Position numbers and translations under genes: made by a program | The notes under the pieces: generated by a model | Told to the model about the DNA's origin: nothing | The model's input: only the letters and a program-made list of their open reading frames with translations | The model's database searches: none | Shown: positions 26,009 to 36,247 of the stretch, in pieces | Layout: the number at the start of each line of letters is the position of its first letter | How positions within the stretch are numbered: the first letter of the stretch is position 1 | NCBI GenBank assembly: GCA_041483895.1 | Contig: JBGPGO010000001.1 | Coordinates: 64,001 to 128,000, forward strand | Direction of reading: 5' to 3' | From: Fimbriimonadia bacterium | GTDB taxonomy: Bacteria; Armatimonadota; Fimbriimonadia; Fimbriimonadales; JABRVX01 | DNA length: 64,000 nucleotides

Positions 26009-27004
26009 CTACGTTTCCGGCAGTGGGGCGGAGGCGAAGGCGTCTAGGGTCAGATCGTCGCGCTGGCCGAGTTCCAGTCGCGCCAGGCCGGCCGCGCCGA
26101 TCATCGCCGCGTTGTCCGTGCAGTATTCCAGTGGCGCGATTACGACCTCACGACCGATTGTTGAGAGACGCGCGGTAATGTCACGCCGCAGGACGGAATT
26201 GGCCGCGACGCCGCCTACCACCGCAACGGTGTGGAAACCGAGGGCGTCTGCTGCCTGCGCCGTCCGTTCCACAAGAGCGTCCACAATCGCCTGCTGCATG
26301 GAAGCGGCTGTATCGGCGACATTCAACGAAGGGCCGGTCTTCTCGACATACCGAAGCACCGATGTTTTCAGGCCGGAAAAGCTGAAATCGTATCCGTCGC
26401 CGGGAAAAGAGCGCGGGAAGGCGATGGCCTTCGGATCGCCCTGTTTCGCCACGCGATCCACGTGCAGTCCGCCGGGATAGCCGAGGCCCAGCAGCCGCGC
26501 GCCTTTGTCAAACGCCTCACCCGCGGCATCGTCCAGCGTCTCCCCGATCACTTGGTACTGAAACCCATTAACTGTCACCAGCTCCGTGTGCCCGCCGGAG
26601 ACGATGAGGCACAGAAACGGCTCACCAATATCCGGTTTGGCCAACCGGGCGGAGAAGATATGACCTTCCAAATGGTGGACGCCAATCATCGGCAATCCGA
26701 GGGCGACATGCAGCGCTTTTGCCGCCGTAACTCCCACAACGAGCGCCCCGACGAGACCAGGCCGGTTGGTGACCGCAATCCCTTGAATATGATCATACGT
26801 CGTCGCAGCGTCTTGCAAGGCCTGGGAGATTACGGGAGTAATCCGCTCTACATGCTCCCGCGCCGCCGCCTCCGGAACCACGCCGCCCCACTGCGCGTGC
26901 AGGTCCACCTGGCTGGCGACAACATTGGAAAGAACTCGGCCGCGGCTCTCGACGACCGCAGCGGAGGTCTCATCGCAGCTTGTCTCAATCGCCAGAACGC
27001 GCAC
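26009..27004 (-). CDS. tsaD: tRNA N6-adenosine threonylcarbamoyltransferase
   Basis: LAIETSCDET, GGVVPE, HHLEGH, VSGGHT, DDAAGEAFDK, SFSGLKT, TDNAAMI. Confidence 0.98.
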   Translation of the reverse strand: MRVLAIETSCDETSAAVVESRGRVLSNVVASQVDLHAQWGGVVPEAAAREHVERITPVISQALQDAATTYDHIQGIAVTNRPGLVGALVVGVTAAKALHVALGLPMIGVHHLEGHIFSARLAKPDIGEPFLCLIVSGGHTELVTVNGFQYQVIGETLDDAAGEAFDKGARLLGLGYPGGLHVDRVAKQGDPKAIAFPRSFPGDGYDFSFSGLKTSVLRYVEKTGPSLNVADTAASMQQAIVDALVERTAQAADALGFHTVAVVGGVAANSVLRRDITARLSTIGREVVIAPLEYCTDNAAMIGAAGLARLELGQRDDLTLDAFASAPLPET

Positions 27005-27512
27005 GACGCCAGGACTCCTTGCGGCTCTCCGCCAATCGCGCGCGGTATTCCGGCTGGGCGAGCTCGTTGAGCCACATCACCAACGCGTTTTCTTTGTCGG
27101 GGTAGTAGTTTTTCCGAACGGCCACGGATCGGAAGCCGAATTTCTCGTACAGTTGGATGGCCGGCCCGTTATTCTCCCGCACTTCCAGCGTCGCCCGCAC
27201 CATGTCCTCCGAAGCGGCGGTCTCCAAAAGCTCCACGAGCAGAAGCTCGCCGTATCCCTTTCGCCGCTCATCTAGATGGACGGCGATGGTGGTGATATGG
27301 GCCTCGTCGATGACCAGCCATTCGCCGCCGTATCCGATCAGCTTTCCTTTTCGGCGCAGCACCAAATATCGCGCCATGTGGTTGGTAAGCTCCGCCCGAA
27401 ACGAATCCCGCGACCAGGGCGCGGCATAGCTCTGCCGCTCGAGGGCGTAGACATCATCAATGTCGCTCTCGGCCAATCGTTCTAACGTGAGGGGTTGCAA
27501 CACGGCGCTCAT
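26985..27512 (-). CDS. rimI: Ribosomal protein S18-alanine N-acetyltransferase
   Basis: DEAHITTIAV, RRKGYG, TLEVRENN..AIQLYEKFGF, RKNYY..ENALVM; start ATG 27512 with upstream AAGGA. Confidence 0.93.
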   Translation of the reverse strand: MSAVLQPLTLERLAESDIDDVYALERQSYAAPWSRDSFRAELTNHMARYLVLRRKGKLIGYGGEWLVIDEAHITTIAVHLDERRKGYGELLLVELLETAASEDMVRATLEVRENNGPAIQLYEKFGFRSVAVRKNYYPDKENALVMWLNELAQPEYRARLAESRKESWRRARSGD

Positions 27513-27578
27513 AGGGTCCTTTTGAGTGTGGCACGCCGCCGGAGGGCAAGTCAAAAAGTGCTAAACTCCCCGGCGTTT

Positions 27579-28889
27579 ATGCTGACCTTTGGAACCGCCG
27601 GGATTGATGACCAGGGCGTCCTTCGGATCGGCGGCTGCAGCGCCGCCGATCTGACCGACCGCTTTGGCACACCGCTGTACGTCTTGGATGAGGAGCAGTT
27701 TCGCGACAACTGCCGCCGGTATCTGGCCGCCAGCCGCCATTCCATCCCCGAAAGCGACGTGGCGTATGCATCCAAGGCGATGATTTGTACAAGTTTATGC
27801 CGAATTGTTGATCAAGAAGGCCTGTATTTGGACGTTGCTAGCCCCGGTGAACTGGCGACCGCATTGGCAGCCGAGTTTCCCGTGGAGCGGCTGATCTATC
27901 ACGGCAATAACAAGCGGCTGGATGAAATCCGCAGCTCTGTAGGCCACGGCGTCGGTCTTCATGTGGTGGACTGGCTCGACGAATTGGAGATGATGGAGCA
28001 GGTGGGATCGGAAGCCGGGCGTAAGATTTCTATTTTGTTGCGGTTGGCGCCCGGCGTGGATCCGGATACCCACGAGGCGATACGGACAGGCCAGTCGGAT
28101 ACCAAGTTTGGCCTCAGCATCACCGCGGGGGACGCCTCGGAGGCTGTTGGTCGTGCCCTTCAGCATCCCCACATTCACCTGCTTGGCTACCACGCCCACG
28201 TCGGATCGCAGCTTATGGACGGTCATGCGCACCTGCCGGCCGTCGCGGAAATGGTTGGATTCGCGGCGAATATGCTGGAAAAGCATAACTTTTCACCGGA
28301 AATCCTAAACTTTGGCGGCGGGCTTGGGGCGCGATATCTTCCTTGCGATCAACCTGAAAGCTACGAATCCTTCTGCCAGAAGCTGGGGACAGCATTGACC
28401 GCCGCGCTGCGGGAGACACAGCTGCCGACCCCAAAGGTCTTTCAAGAGCCCGGCCGCGCGCTCGTCGCGGAAACCGGCACGACCATCTACCGCATCGGCA
28501 CTGTGAAGAAGGTCGGTGAACGGACGTACGTCTCCGTCGACGGTGGCCTTTCGGACAACCCGAGGCCCCAGCTTTATGGCGCGCTTTACGATTGCTATCT
28601 CGCCAATCGCGCCAATGACCCGGCGACCACACTCTGCCGCATCGTCGGCTCGCATTGCGAGACCGACACACTAATTAAGGAATGCAGACTCCCACACCCG
28701 AAAACCGGCGATCTGCTCGCGGTGCCGACCACGGGCGCGTATAACTATTCTATGGCGAGCAACTACAACCGTTTCCCCAAACCGGCAGTCGTCCTGGTAC
28801 GCGACGGCGGCGCCGATTGCATTGTCCAGCGCGAAACCATCGCCGATATGAACCGTAACGATCTCATCCCGGAGCGGCTGGGCCGATGA
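27579..28889 (+). CDS. lysA: Diaminopimelate decarboxylase
   Basis: FGTPLYV, YASKA (PLP Lys), HAHVGSQ, GGGLG, EPGRAL, HCETD, TGAYNYSMASNYN. Confidence 0.96.
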   Translation: MLTFGTAGIDDQGVLRIGGCSAADLTDRFGTPLYVLDEEQFRDNCRRYLAASRHSIPESDVAYASKAMICTSLCRIVDQEGLYLDVASPGELATALAAEFPVERLIYHGNNKRLDEIRSSVGHGVGLHVVDWLDELEMMEQVGSEAGRKISILLRLAPGVDPDTHEAIRTGQSDTKFGLSITAGDASEAVGRALQHPHIHLLGYHAHVGSQLMDGHAHLPAVAEMVGFAANMLEKHNFSPEILNFGGGLGARYLPCDQPESYESFCQKLGTALTAALRETQLPTPKVFQEPGRALVAETGTTIYRIGTVKKVGERTYVSVDGGLSDNPRPQLYGALYDCYLANRANDPATTLCRIVGSHCETDTLIKECRLPHPKTGDLLAVPTTGAYNYSMASNYNRFPKPAVVLVRDGGADCIVQRETIADMNRNDLIPERLGR

Positions 28890-29533
28890 TATTCGACGAT
28901 CTTGGATTCAAGCTGATGATGCTTGCCATCGTTTTGGGCAGCATCACCCTGCATGAGTTCGCGCATGCAAAGAGCGCCGATGCCGCCGGCGACCCGACCC
29001 CTCGCCTCTACGGCCGCGTCACACTCAACCCAATCGCGCACTTCGATCCACTCGGATTTATATTTATCCTGATCACCACGTTCGCCGGAATCGGATTTGG
29101 GTGGGGCAAGCCTGTGCCGGTGGACCCGCGCCGCATGCACAATCCGCGCTGGGATCATATCCTCGTTGTCGCCTGGGGACCGTTCACCAACTGCCTCATC
29201 GCCCTCACCTGCGCACTCGCATTCCGGTTGATCGCCCACTCAGCTATCGTCTCGCCGGGCCTGTTTGACTTCTTTTTCATGGCCGTTTTGATCAACGTTG
29301 TGCTTGCGGCCTTTAATCTAATTCCGCTGTTTCCATTGGATGGGTCCTGGATCGTCGCCGGCCTGCTCCCGGAGCTGACCGGGTTCCGGTTCTTGCGATG
29401 GAACCGCCAATTTGGACCGATGCTCCTTATCTCGGCGATCCTGATCCTGCCTGCGCTGGGGTTCCATCCTCTGTCATACTTGACGGGTCCAATCGTCCAA
29501 ACGTCAATCCAGGTCCTTCTTGGCGTGGGGTAA
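28886..29533 (+). CDS. Site-2 protease family (M50) membrane zinc metalloprotease
   Basis: HEFAH, GD.TP..GRVTLNP, GWGKPV, FNLIPLFPLDG. Confidence 0.95.
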   Translation: MIFDDLGFKLMMLAIVLGSITLHEFAHAKSADAAGDPTPRLYGRVTLNPIAHFDPLGFIFILITTFAGIGFGWGKPVPVDPRRMHNPRWDHILVVAWGPFTNCLIALTCALAFRLIAHSAIVSPGLFDFFFMAVLINVVLAAFNLIPLFPLDGSWIVAGLLPELTGFRFLRWNRQFGPMLLISAILILPALGFHPLSYLTGPIVQTSIQVLLGVG

Positions 29534-29542
29534 ACACTTTCA

Positions 29543-30526
29543 ATGGAAAAAAACCGGCTACTCAGCGGCATGCAGCCGACCCAATCCCGTTTGCACCTCG
29601 GCAACTTAGAAGGGGCGCTTCGGAACTGGGTGCGCCTCCAAGACGACTACCACCTCTATTGCTGCGTAGTCGATTGGCATGCGCTGACCACGATGGCGGA
29701 GGACCCGAAAGAGATTGCCGACAACTGCCGGGGAATCGCGCTCGACTATCTTGCCGCCGGCATCGACCCATCGAAGAGCGTGGTCTTTATTCAGTCCCAT
29801 GTAAAGGAACATGCCGAACTGCACCTGCTGCTGAGTATGGCGACCCCCTTATCCTGGTTGGAGCGCGTCCCGACATATAAAGAGAAGCGCGAAAATCTGC
29901 AGATGGATTCGGTCTCGTACGGCCTGCTCGGATATCCGGTGCTGCAGGCCGCCGATATACTTCTCTATAAGCCGTACGGAGTTCCGGTCGGAAGGGACCA
30001 GGTGCCGCATTTGGAGTTGACGCGGGAGATTGCGCGAAGATTCAACCATCTCTATGGAGACATTTTTCCCGAGCCGCGGAATATCATCGGGGAGGTTCCG
30101 CTCATGATGGGACTCGATGGGCGCAAGATGAGCAAGTCGTACGGCAACGCGATCAACATCGCGGACACCGCCGATGAGACGGTTGATAAGATCAAGAGCG
30201 CCTTCACCGACCCACAAAAAATTCGAAAGGACGATCCCGGCCATCCGGAGGGATGCGCGGTCTTCAGTCTCCATACCGTCTACAACAAAGCCAATGTGTC
30301 GACCGTGGAAGCCGAATGCAAGAGCGGGGCGCGGGGCTGCGTGCAGTGCAAGAAAGAATGCACCGAAGCGGTGAATTGCGCGCTGGCAGATGTGCGGGAG
30401 CGCCGCGTTGCCATCCAAGACAATATGGACGCGCTGGAACAGATCTTGACCAACGGCGCGGAGCGCGCGAGAGCGGTGGCGGCGGGCACGATGGTAGAGG
30501 TCCGCCAGGCGATGGGGATTCGGTGA
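29543..30526 (+). CDS. trpS: Tryptophan--tRNA ligase
   Basis: SGMQPT..LHLGN, YPVLQAADIL, VPVGRDQ, KMSKS. Confidence 0.98.
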   Translation: MEKNRLLSGMQPTQSRLHLGNLEGALRNWVRLQDDYHLYCCVVDWHALTTMAEDPKEIADNCRGIALDYLAAGIDPSKSVVFIQSHVKEHAELHLLLSMATPLSWLERVPTYKEKRENLQMDSVSYGLLGYPVLQAADILLYKPYGVPVGRDQVPHLELTREIARRFNHLYGDIFPEPRNIIGEVPLMMGLDGRKMSKSYGNAINIADTADETVDKIKSAFTDPQKIRKDDPGHPEGCAVFSLHTVYNKANVSTVEAECKSGARGCVQCKKECTEAVNCALADVRERRVAIQDNMDALEQILTNGAERARAVAAGTMVEVRQAMGIR

Positions 30527-31257
30527 GAATCCGCGCCGTTTTCTTCGATCTGGACGACACCCTGTGCAACTACATGCAGGTGGCGGATCGGGCTCGCAAG
30601 TGGGTCTTCCACATGGCAGCGAAGGCGTACGAAGAACTATCGGCGGACGATCTGGAAGCGGCTTGGCACGCGGAATTCAACACCTTTCTTCCTGAAGTCC
30701 GGCCCGGCGGCGTGTGGCGGCAAAGGTATTTGATATCGGGAGAAACAACCCGAACGGAACTGATGCGCCGGGCCTTGGCGCGGCTTGGTGTCGATGACAC
30801 AAAACTCGCCGCGTACCTGTCCGACGGATACTATGTCGAGCGCCAGGAGCGATTGGAGCTGTATTCGGATGCGGAGGAGGTGCTCACCCGGCTTGGGAAA
30901 AAGATGCCGATTGGCATGATCACGAACGGCCCCGCCGACACACAGAGGGAAGAGGTCGATCGGTTGGGAATCGGCCGCCATTTCAAAAAGATTTTCATCG
31001 AGGGAGAATTCGGCGTGGGCAAGCCGGACCCTATCGTTTTCCGGGCCGCAGCGGACAGCGTCGGTCAGCCGCCGTCGGAGGTGGCTCTTGTCGGCAACAG
31101 CCTGAAGCATGACATCCACGGAGCGAAAAACGTCGGGATGATCACCTGTTGGCTGCCACAAGGCGAGGAGGCCGGGCACCCGCTGGAAGGCGAGGCGGAC
31201 CTGATCGCGGCCAACCTCACCGAAGTCGCCGATTGGATTGAGGGACGGATCGCCTAG
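30523..31257 (+). CDS. HAD-superfamily hydrolase
   Basis: FFDLDDTL, ITNG, GKPDP, VGNSLKHDI; GTG overlaps the trpS stop. Confidence 0.9.
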   Translation: MRIRAVFFDLDDTLCNYMQVADRARKWVFHMAAKAYEELSADDLEAAWHAEFNTFLPEVRPGGVWRQRYLISGETTRTELMRRALARLGVDDTKLAAYLSDGYYVERQERLELYSDAEEVLTRLGKKMPIGMITNGPADTQREEVDRLGIGRHFKKIFIEGEFGVGKPDPIVFRAAADSVGQPPSEVALVGNSLKHDIHGAKNVGMITCWLPQGEEAGHPLEGEADLIAANLTEVADWIEGRIA

Positions 31258-31284
31258 CTCATTGGCGCGGTATCATCGCACCCA

Positions 31285-31662
31285 ATGAGAAGAGCCTCAA
31301 TTTTCCTCGCGCTTGTGTTGGTCGGCTGCGGCGGGCCGGATCTTGTGGGCGCGTGGAAGGCCACCGATGAAAGCACCGCCGGTGGTCCGGGCGTCGTCTT
31401 GAACCTGCAAGAAGGCGGCCGATTTTCAACGAAATTTTCTTCTGGTGGGTCGACGCGTGAGGTTGCGGGAACGTGGAAAACTGTGGAGGCGGAGAAGGCC
31501 AAGCTGATTGAGTTCCAGGTCGAAACGGAAAAGCAGGACGGCAAGCCAAGCAACCGGCCACAAAAGCCCGTCACCGTCGAATATCTTTTCAAAGACGGGC
31601 AGCTTGTGTTGCCGAACGGCTTCGACGGCAGAAACAAACTGGTCTTTCGACGCGTCAAGTAG
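31285..31662 (+). CDS. Lipoprotein (lipocalin-like beta barrel)
   Basis: Lipobox LVGC followed by LVGAW. Confidence 0.75.
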   Translation: MRRASIFLALVLVGCGGPDLVGAWKATDESTAGGPGVVLNLQEGGRFSTKFSSGGSTREVAGTWKTVEAEKAKLIEFQVETEKQDGKPSNRPQKPVTVEYLFKDGQLVLPNGFDGRNKLVFRRVK

Positions 31663-31693
31663 GGATTTTGCAGGCGGCGGCGAACTCAAAAGC

Positions 31694-31839
31694 GTAACGC
31701 CGGCATCTTGCCGGTAAGGACCGAACAATGCCGCCTGGAAGGCGGCGTTACGCGGGTTGCGGAAGATGAATTGCCGCCTGGAAGGCAGCGCTCCCGAAGT
31801 GGCGCTCCCAGATTCGGGTCGCCTGGAAGGCAGCGTTAC
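31694..31839. repeat. REP family A cluster (4 copies)
   Basis: Consensus GTAACGCTGCCTTCCAGGCGGCA; copies at 31694(+), 31729(-), 31772(-), 31818(-). Confidence 0.85.
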
Positions 31840-31860
31840 AAGAGTTAAGGAGAAGTGCAG

Positions 31861-32970
31861 ATGCAGATTACATGTCCTCGGAAGGAGCTTCACGAGGCGG
31901 TTCAGTTCGTTTTACAGGGGGTTTCTAAGCGGACGACCTTGCCGATCCTGTCGAACATCTTGCTGGAAGGGGATGACCGGCTCAAAATCGTCGCTTCCGA
32001 TCTCGAGGTCTGGGTGGAGCGGACGATCCCGACGGCGGGGGCGGACGGCGGAAAAACCACGGTCCCCGGTCGCCTGTTCAGTGAAATCCTCGCCGGCCTG
32101 CCCGAAGGAAATGTGACGCTTACGACCGGCGACCGCCACGATATCAAGGTGGAGTGCGGGTCCTCTAAATACAACGTGCTCGGCCTCCCCGCTGACGAAT
32201 TTCCCGTCGTGCCCCATTTGGAGGAGGACCTCACCTTCACAATGCCGATTTCGCTCTTCAAGGAGATGGCTCGGCAGGTGGAGATCGCCGTTTCCCGGGA
32301 CGATGCGCGGCCGGCTCTGACAGGCATTCTCTTTTCCAGCGACGGACAAGACATCCGCATGGTCGCCACCGATACGCATCGATTGGCCCTGCGCAAGGCG
32401 CCGGCCGCAAACGTCTCCGGCATCGGTTCCTCCCTCAACGCGGTGATCCCCGAACGCGCCATCAGCATGATTACAAAGGCCCCGGCCTCGGATGACGATG
32501 AAGTGAAGGTGACGATTGAGAATGCACGGGTTGGGTTTGAGATCGGGCCCGTCCGGCTCGTTGCCTCCCTCATCACCGGCGCGTTCCCAGCCTACGAAAG
32601 GGTGCTGCCGACAGATCCCACGCGAAAATGGACCCTGCCGACGGAGGAGTTTGCGGCGGCGGTCCGCAGAGCGGATGTCGTTGCCAAGCAGAGCTCCCAT
32701 CGAGTAGTGCTGACTGGCAACGGCGACCGGCTGGAGGTTACGGCCCGCAGCGAGGGCTTCGGAGACGCGAACGAGACCATGGAGATGGTCTCCGAGGGCG
32801 GTGAAATGGCGATTGCGTTCAACGCCAAATATGTCCTCGATGCCTTGGGAGTAATCGACACCGACGGCGTTGTGCTGGAAATGACCGAGCCGCTCCGCGC
32901 GGCGCTTCTCCGGCCCGCCACGGAGAATCCAGAGTTCCAATACGTGGTCATGCCCATGGCTTTATCGTAA
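31861..32970 (+). CDS. dnaN: DNA polymerase III beta sliding clamp
   Basis: TTLPILSNILL, ASDLE, RPALTGI, VATDTHRLA, LITGAFPAYERV, IAFNAKYVLDAL, VVMPM. Confidence 0.97.
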   Translation: MQITCPRKELHEAVQFVLQGVSKRTTLPILSNILLEGDDRLKIVASDLEVWVERTIPTAGADGGKTTVPGRLFSEILAGLPEGNVTLTTGDRHDIKVECGSSKYNVLGLPADEFPVVPHLEEDLTFTMPISLFKEMARQVEIAVSRDDARPALTGILFSSDGQDIRMVATDTHRLALRKAPAANVSGIGSSLNAVIPERAISMITKAPASDDDEVKVTIENARVGFEIGPVRLVASLITGAFPAYERVLPTDPTRKWTLPTEEFAAAVRRADVVAKQSSHRVVLTGNGDRLEVTARSEGFGDANETMEMVSEGGEMAIAFNAKYVLDALGVIDTDGVVLEMTEPLRAALLRPATENPEFQYVVMPMALS

Positions 32971-32976
32971 TAGAGC

Positions 32977-33005
32977 TTGACACGGATCGGTATTTATGCT
33001 AAGGT
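32977..33005 (+). promoter_or_regulatory. Sigma70-type promoter of the amidase operon
   Basis: TTGACA-17 bp-TAAGGT with an extended TG. Confidence 0.75.
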
Positions 33006-33039
33006 AGCGTTTGCCTCTGTCAAGCCATGAGGGCTGATT

Positions 33040-34833
33040 GTGCGTAAAATTGTGGTACTCGCGGCTCTGCTCGCACTTTGCCCATGGATTTGGGCGCAAG
33101 AAGCGTGCACGGTCTCCTATCTGGGAAAAAGGCTCACGCTGGACCCGTCCGCTTCGCGGTTGGGAGATGAATGCTTTGTTCCTCTCAAACATCTCTCGCT
33201 CTTCGGCTGGAAGGCCAACGCCAAAGATACCCGGCTGACAATCCGAACGAATGACCGAAAGGCGGAGGTGTTCGTCCGGACGATCGACGGGGTGGACTGC
33301 TTCCCTCTCCGGGCCACCGCTCAACTGCTCGGGGCGACTTCCGCATGGACTGACCCCGCGAAGCTGGCCGTTCTGACCCGGATCGAATGGATCGGGGCTT
33401 CCGACGGTGAGCTGTCCATCAAGACCACCTACTCGGTCACCCCGAAAATGTTCACGCTCAAGGCCCCGGACCGACTGGTGATCGACCTGCCAGGCGTTGT
33501 GGCCAGCAAGGAAGCGCCGCCGGCGCTGAAAGGCGTGGGCCTGGGCGTCCGATACGCCCAATTCGATGCGGAGACGTTCCGGATCGTTTGCGACCTGGTT
33601 GGCCAGCCGGCCGCCAAGCTCCGCCAAATCAGCGAACACGAATTCAAGATCCAGTGGACCGGCGCACAGTTCCAGGCACGAGGAAGCACAGGATTTGAAG
33701 TGGCCGCGCGCCACGATGAAGCCAAGCCGAAGGTGGTCGCCGCCGCGGTGAAACCGAAGCCGCCGGTTGTGCAGGCCAAGGTAGAGCCGCAGCCCGAGCC
33801 GAAGATCGATGCCCCCAAGCCGGAACCGCAAGATGAGGTCACAACTCCGTCCAAGACTGCCGAGCATGAGACGGAGCAGGAGGACGCCGCGCAGGATACC
33901 GCCGACGAGACAAAGCCGGCGAAGCTCGGAAAACCAGTTCTGACGAGCGACAAGGACGCATTTGTCGTTACCATTCCCGCCGACAGGCTGCTAAAGGGCA
34001 AGACCAGCATCAAGCGGAAAGAGCATTCGCTCGTATTGGAGATACCGAACGCGACAGCGGACGAGCTGGAGCAATCGTTCGATGACGGCTTTGTGGAGAA
34101 GTTCAAATCGGCTTCCAAGCTGGTTGGACAGGTGGGACGGGTCGTGTTGGAATTCGCCATCAAGGGGCCGGTCGGCGTTGCCTTCTCGCCATCCGCGAAG
34201 CAGTTGGCCATCACGCTCACCCGCAAGCCGGCCAAGGCCGGCAAGATATCAGACCAGGTAATCGTGGTCGATCCGGGGCATGGCGGTACGGACAGCGGCG
34301 CGCATTTCGGCTCCGGGGTCACACGGCTGGACGAGAAGACAGTCAACCTTGCGACCGCCAAGAAGGTGGCGAAGCTGCTTTCCAATGCCGGCGCCGCTGT
34401 CATCCTGACGCGCAGCGACGACAGCTATCCTTCCCTGAAAGACCGGGTAGCCACCGCAAATCTATCCGAAGCCACGATGTTTGTCAGCATCCATCACAAT
34501 TCCAACAAGCTGGCCAACAGCCGATCGGGCACCTTCACCTATTACCATTCCGGCGGCGCGCAGAGCAAAAAGCTGGCGGAATGCATCGAAAAGGAGATTG
34601 CGGCCGTATCCGGATTACCAAATCATGGCGCGAAGGCGGACACAACGGTCCACAAAACCGGAATGCACGTTCTGCGAAACACAAAAATGCCCGCTGTGCT
34701 GGTGGAGGTTGGATACATCAATCACGCAACGGATCGAGAGAAGATAACGGATGAGGAGTTCCAGAACAAGGTGGCGGAGGCGGTCCTGAAGGGAGTGGAG
34801 GCCTACCTGAAGGACGCCGGAGAGTCGCAGTGA
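33040..34833 (+). CDS. N-acetylmuramoyl-L-alanine amidase (Amidase_3) with AMIN domain
   Basis: Signal peptide; PDRLVIDLPG (AMIN); VVDPGHGG, EK.VNL, FVSIHHN, PAVLVEVGYI. Confidence 0.93.
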   Translation: MRKIVVLAALLALCPWIWAQEACTVSYLGKRLTLDPSASRLGDECFVPLKHLSLFGWKANAKDTRLTIRTNDRKAEVFVRTIDGVDCFPLRATAQLLGATSAWTDPAKLAVLTRIEWIGASDGELSIKTTYSVTPKMFTLKAPDRLVIDLPGVVASKEAPPALKGVGLGVRYAQFDAETFRIVCDLVGQPAAKLRQISEHEFKIQWTGAQFQARGSTGFEVAARHDEAKPKVVAAAVKPKPPVVQAKVEPQPEPKIDAPKPEPQDEVTTPSKTAEHETEQEDAAQDTADETKPAKLGKPVLTSDKDAFVVTIPADRLLKGKTSIKRKEHSLVLEIPNATADELEQSFDDGFVEKFKSASKLVGQVGRVVLEFAIKGPVGVAFSPSAKQLAITLTRKPAKAGKISDQVIVVDPGHGGTDSGAHFGSGVTRLDEKTVNLATAKKVAKLLSNAGAAVILTRSDDSYPSLKDRVATANLSEATMFVSIHHNSNKLANSRSGTFTYYHSGGAQSKKLAECIEKEIAAVSGLPNHGAKADTTVHKTGMHVLRNTKMPAVLVEVGYINHATDREKITDEEFQNKVAEAVLKGVEAYLKDAGESQ

Positions 34834-35330
34834 AGCGGGTCTTCGCGGTTGTCGTGGTCTTGCTCCTTGTGGCCGGCGGCGTGGTCTATTTCCTATGGCC
34901 TCGGAGCTCCGGTTCGAACCAGGGCGCAGCCACACCTTCCGGGAGCATCAACCAAAGAGACACCGTGACCATCTACCACCCAACCTACAAGAACGACCAG
35001 ATTGGGTTTGAAAAGAATCCGATAAAGGTGGCCGATGGGAACCCGATTGCGACCGCCATCAACGGGATGCTGCGCGAACCGAAACTGTTCCCTGCCGGGG
35101 TGCAGCTCTTGGATTCCAAGGTGGAAGGCGACACGGTGACGCTCGACTTCAGCAAGGAGCTGCGCGCGGGCTATTCCACGGATGAGGAAGAGGCAGTCCT
35201 GAAATCGATCTCCACCTCCATGGGCCAGTTCAAAGAGCTGAACAAGGTCCGAATCTTTGTGGAGGGCAAGCCGATCGATACCCTTGGGAACATTGACCTA
35301 TCCGAACCGATGGAAGTGGAGCGGCAGTAG
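34830..35330 (+). CDS. GerMN domain protein
   Basis: TM anchor; TVTLDFS..L...E...L.SI..S..QF...V.I.VEG. Confidence 0.85.
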   Translation: MKRVFAVVVVLLLVAGGVVYFLWPRSSGSNQGAATPSGSINQRDTVTIYHPTYKNDQIGFEKNPIKVADGNPIATAINGMLREPKLFPAGVQLLDSKVEGDTVTLDFSKELRAGYSTDEEEAVLKSISTSMGQFKELNKVRIFVEGKPIDTLGNIDLSEPMEVERQ

Positions 35331-35374
35331 CTGGCAAGGGGGGAACGCGGGACAGGCCGCGAACTCTTGAACTG

Positions 35375-36247
35375 ATGCGCGTCTCGATCCTACTTCTTTC
35401 TTTCCTTCTTACTGCCCTTGGATTTGCACAGCAGCCACTGGTGCAGACCGGCGTCGATTTCCGGCCCATGCTCCGAATGGCTCGAGACGGCGAGGGCATT
35501 GTCCGTCTCTACGACGACAGCGGCCACATTTCGACGGTACATCTCACGCTGCTTACCGAAGTCGGGTTTCGGGTGTACATCGCCCAGCGCCTGCAACGGA
35601 TTGCCAACGACTCGGACAACGAGCTGCTCAACGAATACTACATCGAGGACACCAACTACTGGCGCGTCGGCAAACAGCTTCTGCCGTTCGGGCTGGCAAT
35701 GCTGGAGCGCGAATACGTTCGGGCTGGGCGCGTCAACACAACGCTTGCCCTCGGCGGATACCCAATCTCCGTGGCCTATTGCGACGGCGGCACCCTGCAT
35801 CCCAAGGGGTTTGTCGCACGAATAGGCCGGGAATATGGAGTCAGCGTGGCGGCAGGCGAGAACTTCGGCATCTCCGGCACCTCGCTGAACGATATCCGGC
35901 TGCCAGAGGAGGCGCCCCCCATTGGCGGCGGCTATCGGCTGCTGATCGGAGCGGACTACATGCGAAAATCGGGGGATTGGACCCTAGCTATGGAATGGCT
36001 GCGGGCGCGGGATGGACATCGTGTGGAAGATAAGGACAACGACTATTCCTTGGCAAAGCTCCAATACGACCTGCCGTTCGGCCGCAAGGCTAGCTTTGCG
36101 TGGGCGCGTTCCTTTGAGAATCGCGAGGACAACTATCGGCTGCGACTAGACGCGCCGATTGCCGGAAACGTAAACTTCATCCCCCAGGTCCGTTGGCAGG
36201 GCGGCCGGCTGCTGGAGAGCTCAATCGGCCTGCAGATTCGGTACTAG
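35375..36247 (+). CDS. Hypothetical outer-membrane beta-barrel protein
   Basis: Signal peptide, WRVGKQLLPFG porin-like motif, C-terminal IGLQIRY. Confidence 0.6.
   Translation: MRVSILLLSFLLTALGFAQQPLVQTGVDFRPMLRMARDGEGIVRLYDDSGHISTVHLTLLTEVGFRVYIAQRLQRIANDSDNELLNEYYIEDTNYWRVGKQLLPFGLAMLEREYVRAGRVNTTLALGGYPISVAYCDGGTLHPKGFVARIGREYGVSVAAGENFGISGTSLNDIRLPEEAPPIGGGYRLLIGADYMRKSGDWTLAMEWLRARDGHRVEDKDNDYSLAKLQYDLPFGRKASFAWARSFENREDNYRLRLDAPIAGNVNFIPQVRWQGGRLLESSIGLQIRY

Noticed and set aside
28886..30526. Site-2 protease next to trpS; miaA-hfq; amidase-GerMN
   Set aside because: These are well-known conserved gene neighbourhoods.
31694..31839. Repeat clusters considered as a mini-CRISPR array
   Set aside because: Copies are in mixed orientation, degenerate and irregularly spaced, with no cas genes; this fits REP elements.
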